DNA of 64,000 nt, taken from contig OZ296648.1 of NCBI GenBank assembly GCA_965655095.1, positions 8,556,001 to 8,620,000 of the forward strand, given 5' to 3'. Every line of letters starts with the position of its first letter. The first letter of the stretch is position 1. Positions 49,409 through 62,300 of this stretch are shown here, one piece after another. The notes beneath the pieces were generated by a model. That model was not told where the DNA came from. It was given only the letters and a program-made list of their open reading frames with translations, and searched no databases. The translations under genes and the position numbers were made by a program. The DNA is from Haplodiscus bocki. Its lineage: Eukaryota.

Positions 49409-52400
49409 ATTAGAACGAGATCGTGGTGTGTTTTGCAGACTTGCAAAATGCAGATTTGATAAAAACGTGTCGCATTACAAGTAACGCTTGACGTTGATTA
49501 CTTAAAATGAACTTTTTTAATTAGTAATAACCTTTTTGCGCGGCCTAATGATAATGGAAGAAATACAAAAAAGCTGGTGGAATAAATGAACAGTTCGGAT
49601 TCCACAGATATCCGGCTATAAACTCAGCTACAGAATCAGTACCCGGATCAAAATCTAGTTGTACTAAATGATTAAACAATGTATACACTGTACTGAGTAT
49701 CTTGAGACTGATAAATTTTATATCAAAAAATATAAGGTAAGCTAAGTGTGAAGAATGAGCTTTAAAAAATGTAAAGTGTGCTATTTGTGAGAAATATTTG
49801 TTGGCGACATCATTCGCAATTCTTATTTATTATTCTTATTAAATCATTCTAATTTAACAATAAGATAACAACAAATATTACAGCAACTGTGTTAATAGAT
49901 TTTTCACTAATATCTGCATCCTGTGGAGACGAAAAAATTATTAGAACCTGAACTGTAGTTCGTTTTGTAGTAAAACCTATCATGGGCTGAGTAATTTACT
50001 ACTGGCACCCGAATGTCGAAACTTAAAAATAATAGCTCGATGTCCCCAACAGAATCCCGGCAACTGTGTTGTTGAACAAAATGCATTTTCAATTGATGGA
50101 TGGAAGTTTATGTTGTTCTTTTTGATAGTATGTTATGTTCTAAGCGCAGTTGCAGTGTTTCATCTCGGGATCAAACAGATGAAAAGTTGACACAAATTTC
50201 TATCCAAGACGGAACAATTTTACTTCCAGGATGAAACAAAAGACAAAACAAGATGAAAAAAAAAGATGGAACAAACTTAGCTCATGATTAAAAATCCTTG
50301 GGGTTAATTGTATTTTCTGCGAGTGTTTGTTAGTTTTTGAGTGTTGATGCTGTCCAGAACGTCTTGGGTGTTGAACTGGAAACCACTGAATCCTTCGACT
50401 GGGGCGAATTCTGTGCTCGGTGGTGCCTGGACTACCGGGTTGGTGACTGTACGAAGTGCGGTCAATTGCTTCCTTTCCTGTTTCCGATTTTCAATATGCT
50501 CTTTTTGTGCTTTAACTCATTCCTCCTGGGCAATGTTTGGGTTGGTTTTGGGGCAAAAATCTTTTCCTCGGTTTTGCGTATGACCAGGGTCTGTAGCTAG
50601 GCCTCGACCAGACCAACTGTATTTCTGCATCTTTCTTTGACTGGCTTCAACCCCAGCAGCTGCTGCTTCGAAGGACTTTTTCATCCTCCATTGTGTTGTT
50701 TTCAATCCAGCGGACGTTCATCGAGGCTTTGCGTGACCGGTTGCATCTATTGGCTCTTCGAATACAAGAGGTGTCGTTGCGCAAACTTCGGTCTGGGCGG
50801 AGGAAGAGCTGATGATGAGGAGCATGATTTCTCGATGGCTGGTAGAGGCTGGCTACTGATTAGAGTTGAAATTTCTTCCTCTCGAGACTTGTCTTTGAAC
50901 CATGTGTGAGTAGTCCGTAAGTTGACGTTAATCAAAGAGAAAATTCCTTGGAGGGTCACTGTGTTCTTGACCCGATGTCGAATGGCCTCATGGTCATTGA
51001 GCATTAGCTTGTAACGCGAAGTATACTCGCTTTTGCTGGGCGTCAATTTCTGCATTGGTCGGAGATATTTCTGCAAGAGATGGCAAAAAAATGGCTTCGG
51101 TATTGCGTTTTTCCAAACAGATTGTTCTGAAAATCCAGCGCTCACGAAGTCCCCGTCGATTTTGTTCGACTCCAATGTGCCCCGACCGGCGAGCACCGAA
51201 ACGTGATTGTTAATGGTTTGAATTGTTGCCCATATGACACTGCTTTCTTGTCCAGCTCTTGCAATTCTTCATAAAGCTTGACAATGTTTTCAATTTCACT
51301 TTCATTGTAATTTAGTCGAGTTTTTCCTACTTCCAGTAGGTTTTTGGCCAGTTTTTCTTTTTTATCCCAACCAGCAACGCCCCTCTGGTCTGGCCGGCAA
51401 CAAGCTTCATCATCGGAGGATTGTCTTTCTGTCCGCTGCATTTTTTCGAGAGAAATATCGTTACTGCTTCTGTATCCAAATTGTTGTTAGAGGGTCCTGG
51501 TTGCTAAATCAATTCCAGGTAGTCCATCTTTTCTTCCACCTAGATATGGTCAAAATGCTCCGAAGCCGTTTGTTTGTACTCGCTGATTGCTTGTAGTAAG
51601 CTGGTTACATAATTAAGAATGAATAAGTTTGAAATGGAAGCACTGCCTCGCTTTTCTTGTATAACCATCCGTGGCGTCACTAATTTTGAATGATTTTCTA
51701 GCTAGCTGCTTTGACAGGGCTGAACTGAATCAGAACGTGTCCCCTTCCCTCTCCTTTGTTTCCTTTTTTCCGCCGTTGACAACGTAGATCTTCCCCTTGC
51801 CTTCCATCTGCAATTGAACCATTCTTCACTCGAGGAAGACATGAATTTATTGAAAGTTACTTTTTGAGTCAACGTTATTTTAAGTTATCGCCTATCATAA
51901 GAGACAACAGTTGTATTCTTTTTTTATTGAACGAACTGCTAAAACACCAGAGTTGTTATAATGATAGAGCAATTTTTGCTTCGAGCCATGAAGTGTTCAA
52001 AGCTTTGTGTAGAGCAGCATGGAAAGCGAAACATAACTATCCTGCGATTGACAGTTTAGATGACGGAGAAGATTAATGTATATTTATCGAATATAAAATT
52101 TTACCCCTTTGACGCAACATTTTTAGCTCATGAAGTGAAAGAATCAGTTTAGGACTGTTGGTCTTGTGAGGGTTGTAAACACTTATGTTGTTCTGTAGTT
52201 ATACAACCATACTCTTGAAGGTTATCTGCTATTGCTACACTTTCTCAACTATGTTGGAAGAATAATTTCCCCTAGTTTCTTTGTCATTGTAGTCAATCAG
52301 CTAATTCATAAGGATCTGTTGAAATAAAGATAACTTGTGTTGCAGTTTTCGTACGCAACCTTTCACCTTCTATTCTTCAAATTCAATCTCTAACTTCTAT

Positions 52401-55400
52401 AGCTTTAATCAATTTGCATCTCTCAGGTTTTTCATCTCCATGTTTCTGATCGTATTCGAAATCCTTATAAAATTATTTTATTGAACTCTTTTTTTTCGAT
52501 ATTTTTTATAAACTTTTGGGTCAAAAGTACGGAAGTTGACGCTCCAGTAGATGTTCAAAAGTACCTTTCTCAAATGTTTTATTTGAAGCTTTGGTATTTT
52601 TTGGTAATTTATTTTTTCTACCTTTAGTTCATGGTGATTGATGCTGACTTTGAAACAATTCACTTGGATTTTTGTCAGTCAGTAAATTGGAAACAATAGG
52701 TTCGAACAATACCAGTATCCGCTACATCTGATTTATTTAATTCATTGAGAGTTTCTGTTTTCCTTTGAGATAATCTATCATATCCTTCTATTCCTTTTTG
52801 AATGATTTCTAGAATTTTCAATTCCAGGTGTTATTGCTTTTCATATATCCTCAGCTGCTTTTTTCCTGTTTAATCGATGGCTCAACTTCTCGTTCCCTAT
52901 TATAGTACTAACTTTTTCCAGTCAGTTTTTCCCCCAATAGTTGCTTGGAATTGTTTTCTAGCTTTTTTAAGTTTCCTCTAAAATCTTCCCCAGTGTTGAT
53001 TGTGGACTTTTCTCTTCTTCCATTTAATGTAATGAAATTAAAGAATTTTACCATAACGTGATCCTTCCCCTTGATGAATAGGTTTTAAAACGAAAAGAGC
53101 AGTTGCAGTTGTGGCATAAAAATTCCTTGTTGGCACAGCAGATGATATATCAGCAGCTATTGCTAATACCCTATAACTATTTTTTAGCTATCTGAATACC
53201 AATATTTGTCACTGGTTTAGCAGTTGATTTGCCAATCGACTTTCGAAAAATTACCCAACCCTTCTGCTGCTATAGTATGTTGAGACAAAATGCTAGTTTT
53301 ATTTTTACCTACAATATAGTGGCCTCGCACTATTTTTATCTACTTACCAGTCTTGTTTTATACCTTTCTGGTGTAATATTAGTTGTTCGTGAATGGTTTT
53401 TTCCCGCCTTGGCCTGAGGGAATAGTTTCGAATTTTTGATAACTATTCATTTACAATTTGGAGTTTTTCAAACTGACAATAATGAAATTAGGCTTTTCTG
53501 AATTTTTTGAACCCATATTTATGTTGAAATTTCTCCAATGAAATGAACTGGATTATGATCATCATCTAAGTAGAATGTATTGTCGTTAAGTGACTCATTA
53601 CGTTATACAGGATTAATGTGGTTTCTTCTCGATTTTTCAAACCTGGCGTTGCAATAAGACTAAAGGGTTATAAAAATCTCTCACGAAATCCATTTACAAA
53701 TGATCCATCGAAACAGTTACATTTCAGATAGATTTTGTTGATAGATTTTTTTTATAGGTTTTTCACCTAATGGTGCTCCAGCTGCGTGTTTTGATTCTGT
53801 AAAGGCTACCACCTTATGAACTGTGAATTGAAAATTTTATGTCGTGAAGATTGTTAGAATTGTTTGTATAATTTTTTCATCTGCCCTATTTCCTTCCTCC
53901 TTCAGGACAATATTGACATTCGCTGACTCATATATATACCAGTACCAGGTAGCATCCCGTAGCTGGAATCGAACTTTCATCGAAAGCTGCAATTTCCATG
54001 TATTCAATTCTCTTTTCCTTCATTTTTTCTCGATGCTCGAAAACAGTCAGTTGTTCTGCTTTTGGTGCCACAATTCGTGTTTTTTTGTAGATCACGAACA
54101 GGGTCTTACGAGTCAACAAAGTTGCAGTTTCAGAGATGGTTTATTAATCTGATGATTGTAGCCTTCTCACTCTCTAGAAATGGTCGTTTGTTGAGGAGAG
54201 TTGAAACAGTTGCACCATCGAAATCAATCGTCCGAGCTTATTCCGACAAATAGAATTCATACTTAATCAGTAGGTACTGGCAAAGTGGACTCATTGATGT
54301 ATCGGAAAATTGAATCCATAACGGACCATAGCTCACTGCTAATCAAACCGGTCTCTTCTACAAGTACTGCGTCAACCTCTTTCAGGACAGCGAGTTGAAT
54401 GCGTTGCCTGAAAAGCTTGCAGATTGTCCGTTCAGCATTTTCTGCGAGGAACCGCGGTCAGTAAGTGGCATAGCCATTAGGCAATGTATGAGTTCCTCCA
54501 AGGTGCTGCCTTCGCTGCTGACAGTGTTCTGATTACACAACCCACTTCAGGTCTTTCGAGAAAGCGTATGTGAGAGCATTCAATGAGGCCGTGGGTTTGT
54601 CTGTTCCGGGACATCCGAGAGCAAAAACGTGGGGAACGAATGCTTTGGTTTCAGCCAAATATGCGTTAAGAGCATCTATGAACATTGCGAGGAATCTCTG
54701 TTGCTGTTCAGATGACTGGTTTGCTCGCTTTGATGTTTGGTTCATTTTATGCCTGAAAGGGTGAGGACTCTGTGTACCGTCAACACATTTCCAAAAATAA
54801 TTGCCTATATAACGTATGTATTTCTGAATCGTTTTAATGTATGCATTAATTCATTTAAATGGTGTTTAATAATCAAGATTTGGTAAATGAAAGGCATCAT
54901 CAAGTGTTTCCTCAAGTGGTGATCGAAGTGGGCAGTTTTTTGGACACTTAGCGTTGAGAACGTTAGGAACTAGCTATTCAGAATAAACATTCTTGTTAGC
55001 GCGAGCTGATATTCGTGTCCACCGTAAACTTTGTTCACTCCAGTCATCTGTCTCTTCCACAGCTATCGTTTGCTCAAATACAATTTTTAACTTAATCGTC
55101 TGTCTTGGTCGACGTATTTGTACTTGGCCTCGTAACCGAATTTAAATTTCTGATTGGTTTCTTTGTTGGCGATTTTATTCTATAGGCTGACGACAGTGAT
55201 ATAAACTGAAAAGTCAAGAGGTAGAGGACCTGCTGGAGCTGATCAGAAATTGAGTAAAACGCCGCCGCTTGTCCCGTTGTTGCTGTTGGGATCATTGATG
55301 ATATCCTTTTGGTAAATAAATAATTTGTTCTGTGGGACCTCGCCTTCATTTGGCATCTGTGAAGGTTTTCACACCTAAGCAGGTGCTGCCGCCTGGTTGA

Positions 55401-56321
55401 GTTCAGTACGACCAGTGGTAAGCCTGACTAGCTCAGGGAATCTTTCTCCCGATTTTATTTCCAGACTCCAGACTACCTTTCGTTGATTGACGACAGTTTT
55501 TTCACCAAGAATCTGGAGTTTTTCGTCTTGGGATACTTCTCAAAGTTCGACCTATGAAATTGACCTGATCTTTGTTTGGTGCCTTTTTGACCTGCTTCAG
55601 CATTTTTTCAGCAACGAAGGACGCCTGCGACTCGCCGTTTTTTTGCTTCTGCGATCAGCTGATGCATGTTCTCATGAAGAAGGTATTTAGAAAAAAAGGG
55701 ATTGGCGGAGTTCTTCGGACTTTCCGAAATAAATTGCACCATTTTTCAGTCTCACAGCAAACTTCAATATATACAATTTTATTCATACAAGAAAGTTTTA
55801 ACTACAATGGTTACGGTACTACGCTACATGTTATTTGGTTGAGAGCATTCATTGAATTATTTGATTTTCACGTCACGATAACGAAGCGAACCTCGACTGT
55901 CGGCTGAGATCGAAAGTGCAAGCGGATCATGAGATATACCAATGTTAAGGACAAAATTCGATGCAGCGTGAAGTTCTGAAAAGAAAACGCGACAAAATTA
56001 GAAGAGTTATATTGTAACCAACTGATTTCTTCCCTAAAACTTCCAGAAAAGGCGCCTTAGTGCATGCCGGCTGTGAATAACGCCAGTAGCCGAGTATTCT
56101 GACTTTTTTGGAAAAAAATTGAGTTAAAGTAAGTAACTATCAAGATTGTTGCTGGAAGACAGATTCAAATGAGTTAACGGCTTTCAGCAGCATTTCAATC
56201 ATTCGAGTCGTTTTGGCAGTACGAGCTAATTGACAGAAGGGCGGTTTAGAAAAATTGGCGCTTTACTCGTTTTCCTGAAATTAAATTAGACATTATCAAT
56301 ACAGCAGGCATGGGTGAAGAT
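49409..56321. repeat. Macrosatellite unit 6 (6,913 bp)
   Basis: Anchor-to-anchor distance; ~2-kb deletion at ~54901 and ~90-bp PIF1 deletion at ~54277. Confidence 0.93.
51810..52076 (+). pseudogene. Best-preserved packaging ATPase fragment (unit 6), 88 uninterrupted codons
   Basis: AIEPFFTRGRHEFIESYFLSQRYFKLSPIIRDNSCILFLLNELLKHQSCYNDRAIFASSHEVFKALCRAAWKAKHNYPAIDSLDDGED*. Confidence 0.85.
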
Positions 56322-59300
56322 ATTAGAACGAGTTCGTGGTGTCTTTTGAAGACTTGCAAAATGCAGATTTGATAGAAACCTGTCACATTACAAGTAACGC
56401 TTGACGTTGATTAATTAAAATGAACATTTTTAATTAGCGCTATCCTTTTTGCGCGGCCAAATAATAATGGAAGAAATACGAAAACCTGGTGGAATAATTG
56501 AACAGTTGGGATTCCAAAGATATCCAGCTATAAAATCCGCTACAGAATCAGTACCCGGATCAAAATCTAGTTGTACTAAAAGATTGAACAATGTATACAC
56601 TTTAATGAGTATCTTGAGACTGATAAGTTTTCCATCGAAAATTTATCAGGTGTTCTAAATGTGAAGAATGAGCTTTAAAAAATCTAATGTGAGTTTTTTT
56701 TTAATCAGTTTTTGAAAAAGTCCTTACCAATTCTTAATTATTATTCTTAATAGTTCAGTCTAATTTAACAATAAGAAAACAACACATATTACAGCAACCA
56801 ACTGTGAATAGATTCTTCACTAGTATATGCATACTGTGGAGACGAAAAAACTAATAGAACCTGAATTGTAGCTCGTTTTTGTAGTAAAACCTATCATAAG
56901 CTGAGTAATTTACTACTAGCAACCGAATGTCGAAACTTAAAAATAATAGCTCGATGTCCCCAACAGAATCCCGGCAACTGTGTTGTTGAACAAAATGCAT
57001 TTTCAATTGATGGATGGAAGTTTATGTTGTTCTTTTTGATAGTATGTTATGTTCTAAGCGCAGTTGCAGTGTTTCATCTCGGGATCAAACAGATGAAAAG
57101 TTGACACAAATTTCTATCCAAGACGGAACAATTTTACTTCCAGGATGAAACAAAAGACAAAACAAGATGAAAAAAAAAGATGGAACAAACTTAGCTCATG
57201 ATTAAAAATCTTTGGGGTTAATTGTATTTTCTGCGAGTGTTTGTTAGTTCTTGAGTGTTGATGCTGTCCAGAACGTCTTGGGTGTTGAACTGGAAGCCAC
57301 TGAATCCTTCGGCTGGGGCGGGTTCTGTACTCGGTGGTCCTTGGACTACGGGGCTGGTGACTGTACGGAGTACAGTCAATTGATTCCTTTCCTGTTTTCG
57401 AGCTTCAATATGCTCTTTTTGTGCTTTAATTCAATCCTCCTGGGCATTGTTTGGGTTGGTTTTGGGACAAAATCTTTTTCCCCGGTTTTGCGTATGAACA
57501 GGGTCTGTAGCCAGGCCTCGACAACTAGAACAACTGCATTTCTGCATCTTTTTCCAACTAGCTTCAACCCCAGCAGCAGTTGCTTGGAGGCACTTTTTCA
57601 TCCTCCATTGTGTTGTTCTCGACCCAGCGACGTTGATCGAGGTTTTGCATGAACGGTTGTATCTTTTGGCTCTTCGAATACAAGAGGTGTCGTTGCGCAA
57701 ACTTCGGTCTGAGCGGAGAGAGAGCTGATGATGAAGAGCATGGTTTCTTCAGGCCTAGCAGAGGCTGGCTACTGATTAGAGCTGAAATTTCTTCCTCTCG
57801 AGACTTGTCTTTGAACCACAAGTGAACAGTCCGTAAGTTGACGTTAATCAAAGAGAAAATTCCTTGGAGGGTCACTATGTTCTTCACCCGATGTCAAATG
57901 GCCTCATGGTCATTGACCATTAGCTTGTAACGCGAAGTATACTCGCCTGTGCTGGGCGTCAATTACTGCATTGGTCGGAGATTTTTCTGCGAGAGTTGGC
58001 AAAAAAATGTGTTCGCTATTGCAATTTTTCCGAACAGATTGTGCTGAAAATCCAGCACTCATGAAGCCCCCGTCGATTTTGTTCGACTCCAATGTGCCCT
58101 GACCGGCGAGCACCGAAACGTGATTTTGTGAATGGTTTTAATAGTCGCCCATATGACACTGCTTTCTTGTCCAGCTCTTGCAATTCTTCATAAAGCTTGA
58201 CAATGTTTTCAATTTCACTTTCATTGTAATTTAGTCGAGTTTTTCCTACTTGCAGTAGGTTTTTGGCGAGTTTTTCCTTTCTATCCCAACCAGCAACGCC
58301 CCGCTAGTCTGGCTGCCAAAAAGCTTCATCATCAGAGGAATATCTACCTCTCCGCTGCATTCTTTGGAGAGAAATATCGTTACTGCTTCTGTATCCAAAT
58401 TGTTGATAGAGGGTCCTGGTTGCTGAATCAATTCCAGGTAGTCCATCTTTTCTTCCACCTGGGTATGGTTACAATGCTCCAAGGCCGTTTGTTTGTACAC
58501 GCTGATTGGTTGTAGTAACTTGGTTACATAATTAAGAATAAATAAAACTAAAATGGAAGCACTGCCTCGCTTTTCTTGTATAACCATCCGTGGCGTCACT
58601 AATTTTGAATGATTTTCTAGCTAGCTGCTTTGACAGGGCTGAACTGAATCAGAACGTGTCCCCTTCCCTCTCCTTTGTTTCCTTTTTTCCGCCGTTGACA
58701 ACGTAGATCTTCCCCTTGCCTTCCATCTGCAATTGAACCATTCTTCACTCGAGGAAGACATGATTTTATTGAAAGTTAATTTTTGAGTCAACGTTATTGT
58801 CAATTATGGCTTACCATGAGAGACAACAGTAGTATTCTTTTTTTATTGAACGAACTGCTAAAACACCAGAGTTGTTATAATGATGTAGCATTTTTTTATT
58901 TGAGCTATGAAGTGTTCAAAGCTTTGTGTAGAGAAGCTTGGAAAGCGAAACATAACTATCCTGCGATTGACAGTTTAGATGACGGAGAAGATTAATCTAT
59001 ATTTATCGAATATAAAATTTTACCCCTTTGACGCAACATTTTTAGCTCATGAAGTGAAAGAATCCGTTTAGGATTGTTGGTCTTGTGAGAGTAGTAAACA
59101 CTTATGTTTTTCTGTAGTTTTACAACCATACTCTTGAAGGTTATCTGCTATAGCTACTCTTTCTCCACTATGTAGGAAGAATATTTTCCCCTAATTTCTT
59201 TATTGTCATTGCAGTCAATCAACTAATTCATCAGGATCTGTTGAAATAAAGATAAATTGTGTTGCAGTTTTCGTACGCAACCTTTCACCTTCTATTCTTC

Positions 59301-62300
59301 AAATTCAATCTCTAACTTCCAGAGCTTTAATCAATTTGCATCTCTCAGGTTTTTCATCTCCATGTTTCTGGTCGTATTCGAAATCCTTATAAAATTATTT
59401 TATTGAACTTTTTTTCGATATTTTTGATAAACTATTTTGGGTCAAAAGTAATCAAGTTGATGCTCCAGTAGATTTTGAAAAGTACCTTTCTCAAATGTTT
59501 TATTTGAAGCTTTTGTTATTTTTTGGTAATTTATTTTTTACTACCTTTGGTTCATGGTGATTGATGCCCGATTTGAAACATTCCACTTGGATTTTTGTCA
59601 GTCAGTAAATTGGAAACAATAGGTTCGAACTATACCAGTATCCACTACATATGATTTAATTAATTCATTGAGAGTTTCTGTTTTCCTCTGAGCTAATCTA
59701 TCATATCCTTCTATTCCATTTTGAATGATTGAGAGATTTTTTCAAATCCAGGTGTTATTGCTTTTCCTATGTCCTCAGCTGCTTTTTTCCTGTTTAATCG
59801 ATGGTTCAACTTCTCGTTCCCTATTGTAGTACTAACTTTTGCCACTCAGTTTTTCCCCAATACTTGTTTGGAATTGTTTCCTAGATTTTTTAGGTTTCCT
59901 CTAAAATCTTCCCCAGTGTTGATTGTGAACATTTCTCTTCTGTTTAATCTAACGAATTGAAAGAAGTTTACCATAACATCATCCTTCCTCTTGATGAATA
60001 GGTTTTAAAAGGAAAAGAGCAGTTGCAGTTATGGCTTAAAGATTTCTTGGTGGCACAGCAGATGATATATCAGCAGCAATTGCTAAGACCCTAGAACTAT
60101 TTTTTAGCCATTTGACTACCAATATTTTTCACTGGTTTAGCAGTTGATTTGCCAATCGACTTTCGAAAAATTACCCAACCCTTCTGCTGCTATAGTATGT
60201 TGAGATAAAGTCCTAGTTTTATTTCTACCTACAACGCTGTTGCCTCGCAATATTTTTATCTACTTACCAGTCTTCTTATTATACCTCTCTTGTGTAATAT
60301 TAGTTTTTCCTGCATGGTTTTTCCCGCCATGGCATAAGGAATTAGTTTCTAGTTTTTGATAACTGTTCATTTACAATTTGGAGTTTTTCCAACTGACAAT
60401 AATGAAATTAGGGTTTTCTGAATTTTTTAACCTGTATTTATGTTGAAATTTCTCCAATGAAATGAACTGGATTATGATCATCATCTGAGTAGAATGTATT
60501 GTCGTTAAGTGGCTCTTATTACGTTATACAGAATTGATGAGCTTTCTTTAGGAATTTTCAAACCTGGCGTTCCAATAAGACTAAAGGGTTATAAAAATCT
60601 CTCACGAAATCCATTTACAAATGATCCATCGAAACAGTTACATTTCAGATAGATTTTGCCGATGGTCGATCTTTTTATAGGTTTTTCACACCTAATGGTG
60701 CTCCAGCTGCGTGTTTTGTTTCTGTAAAGACTACCACCTTATGAACTGTGAATTGAAAATTTTATGTCGTGAGGGGTTGTTAGAATTGTTTCTATAGTTT
60801 TTTCAACAGGCCTAGTTCCTTCTTCCTTCAAGACAATTGTGACATTCGCTGACTCATACATATACCAGTACCAGGTAGCATCCCGTAAGTGGAATCGAAC
60901 TGTCATCGACAGCTGCAATTTCCATGTATTCATTTTTATTTTCCTTGATCTTCTCTCGATGCTCGAAAACAGTCAGTTGTTCTGCTTTTGGTGCGCACAA
61001 TTCGTGTTTTTTTGTAGATCAGGAACAGGGTCTTACGAATCAACAAAGTTGCAGTTTCAGGGATGGTTTAATAATCTGATGATTGTAGCCCTGTCACTAT
61101 CTAGAAATGGTCTTTTGTTGAGGAGAGTTGAAACAGTTGCACCATCGAAATCAATCGTCGAGCTTATTCCGACAAATAGAAATGATATTGAATCAGTAGG
61201 TACTGGCAAAGTGGACTCATTGATGTATCGGAAAACTGAATCCATAACGGACGATAGCTCACTGCTAATCAAACCGGTCTCTTCCACAAGTACTGCGTCA
61301 ACCTTTTTCAGGAGAGCGAGTTGAATGCGTTGCCTGAAAAGCTTGCAGATTGTCCGTTCAGCAATTCTCTGCGAGAGGAGCCGCGGTCAGTAAGTGGCAT
61401 AGCCACTAGGCAATGTTTGACTTCCTCCAAGGTGCTGCTTTCGCTGCTGACTGTTCTGATTACACGACACAATTCAGGTCTTTCACGAAAACATATGTGA
61501 GAGTATTCAATGAAGCCGTGGGTTTGTCTGTTCCGGGATATCCGAGAGCAAAATTGTGGAAAACGAATGCTTCGGTTTAACCCAAACTTGCGTTAACAGC
61601 ATCTATGAACATTGCGAGGAATCTCTGTTGCTGTTCAGATGACTGGTTTGCCCGCTTTGATATATGGTTCATTTTATGCCTGAAAGGGTGAGGACTCTGT
61701 ACCGTCAACACAATTCCAAAAATAATTGCCTATATAACGTATCTATTTCAGAATCGTTTTAATATATGCATTAATTCAATTAAATGGTGTTTAATATTCA
61801 AGATTTGGTAAATGAAAGGCATCATCCTCACGATTAGGATGAGGAAGGTGCATTCCGTTTCCATATTTTTTAGCCATACAAGTTTTCTTTCGCAGATGAT
61901 ATTCAGGTGTTTATGATCTTTCTTAAATTTTAGTGATGAGACAAGCCCGTTGACAAAGACAACTTCCTGGCCCAAATAGTCTATGGGACCCATTATACCG
62001 GACCAAGTTTTACCAGTGCCATTGAATGTCAGCCATCACGGAGTGATTTTTGTTGCTGCCTTCACAGACGGCGTTGCGTAGTACGAAGGAGTACTTGAAG
62101 AATTTCTTGCGTCAGCCCTTTTTCGGAAGAAAGCTCGTTTTTGCGAGGTGAGACGCAACCACAGAGCAATCTTGTTGTGATTAAAAAGGTTTGTTGACGG
62201 CTCTCGAGTATTTCCCGGGAGCCTATGCTGATAAAAAGCAGTCTCGGCCTTTCGTGATTATTAATATCAAAATTGGTCTCTTTGCCGTCCCCAAAAGTAG

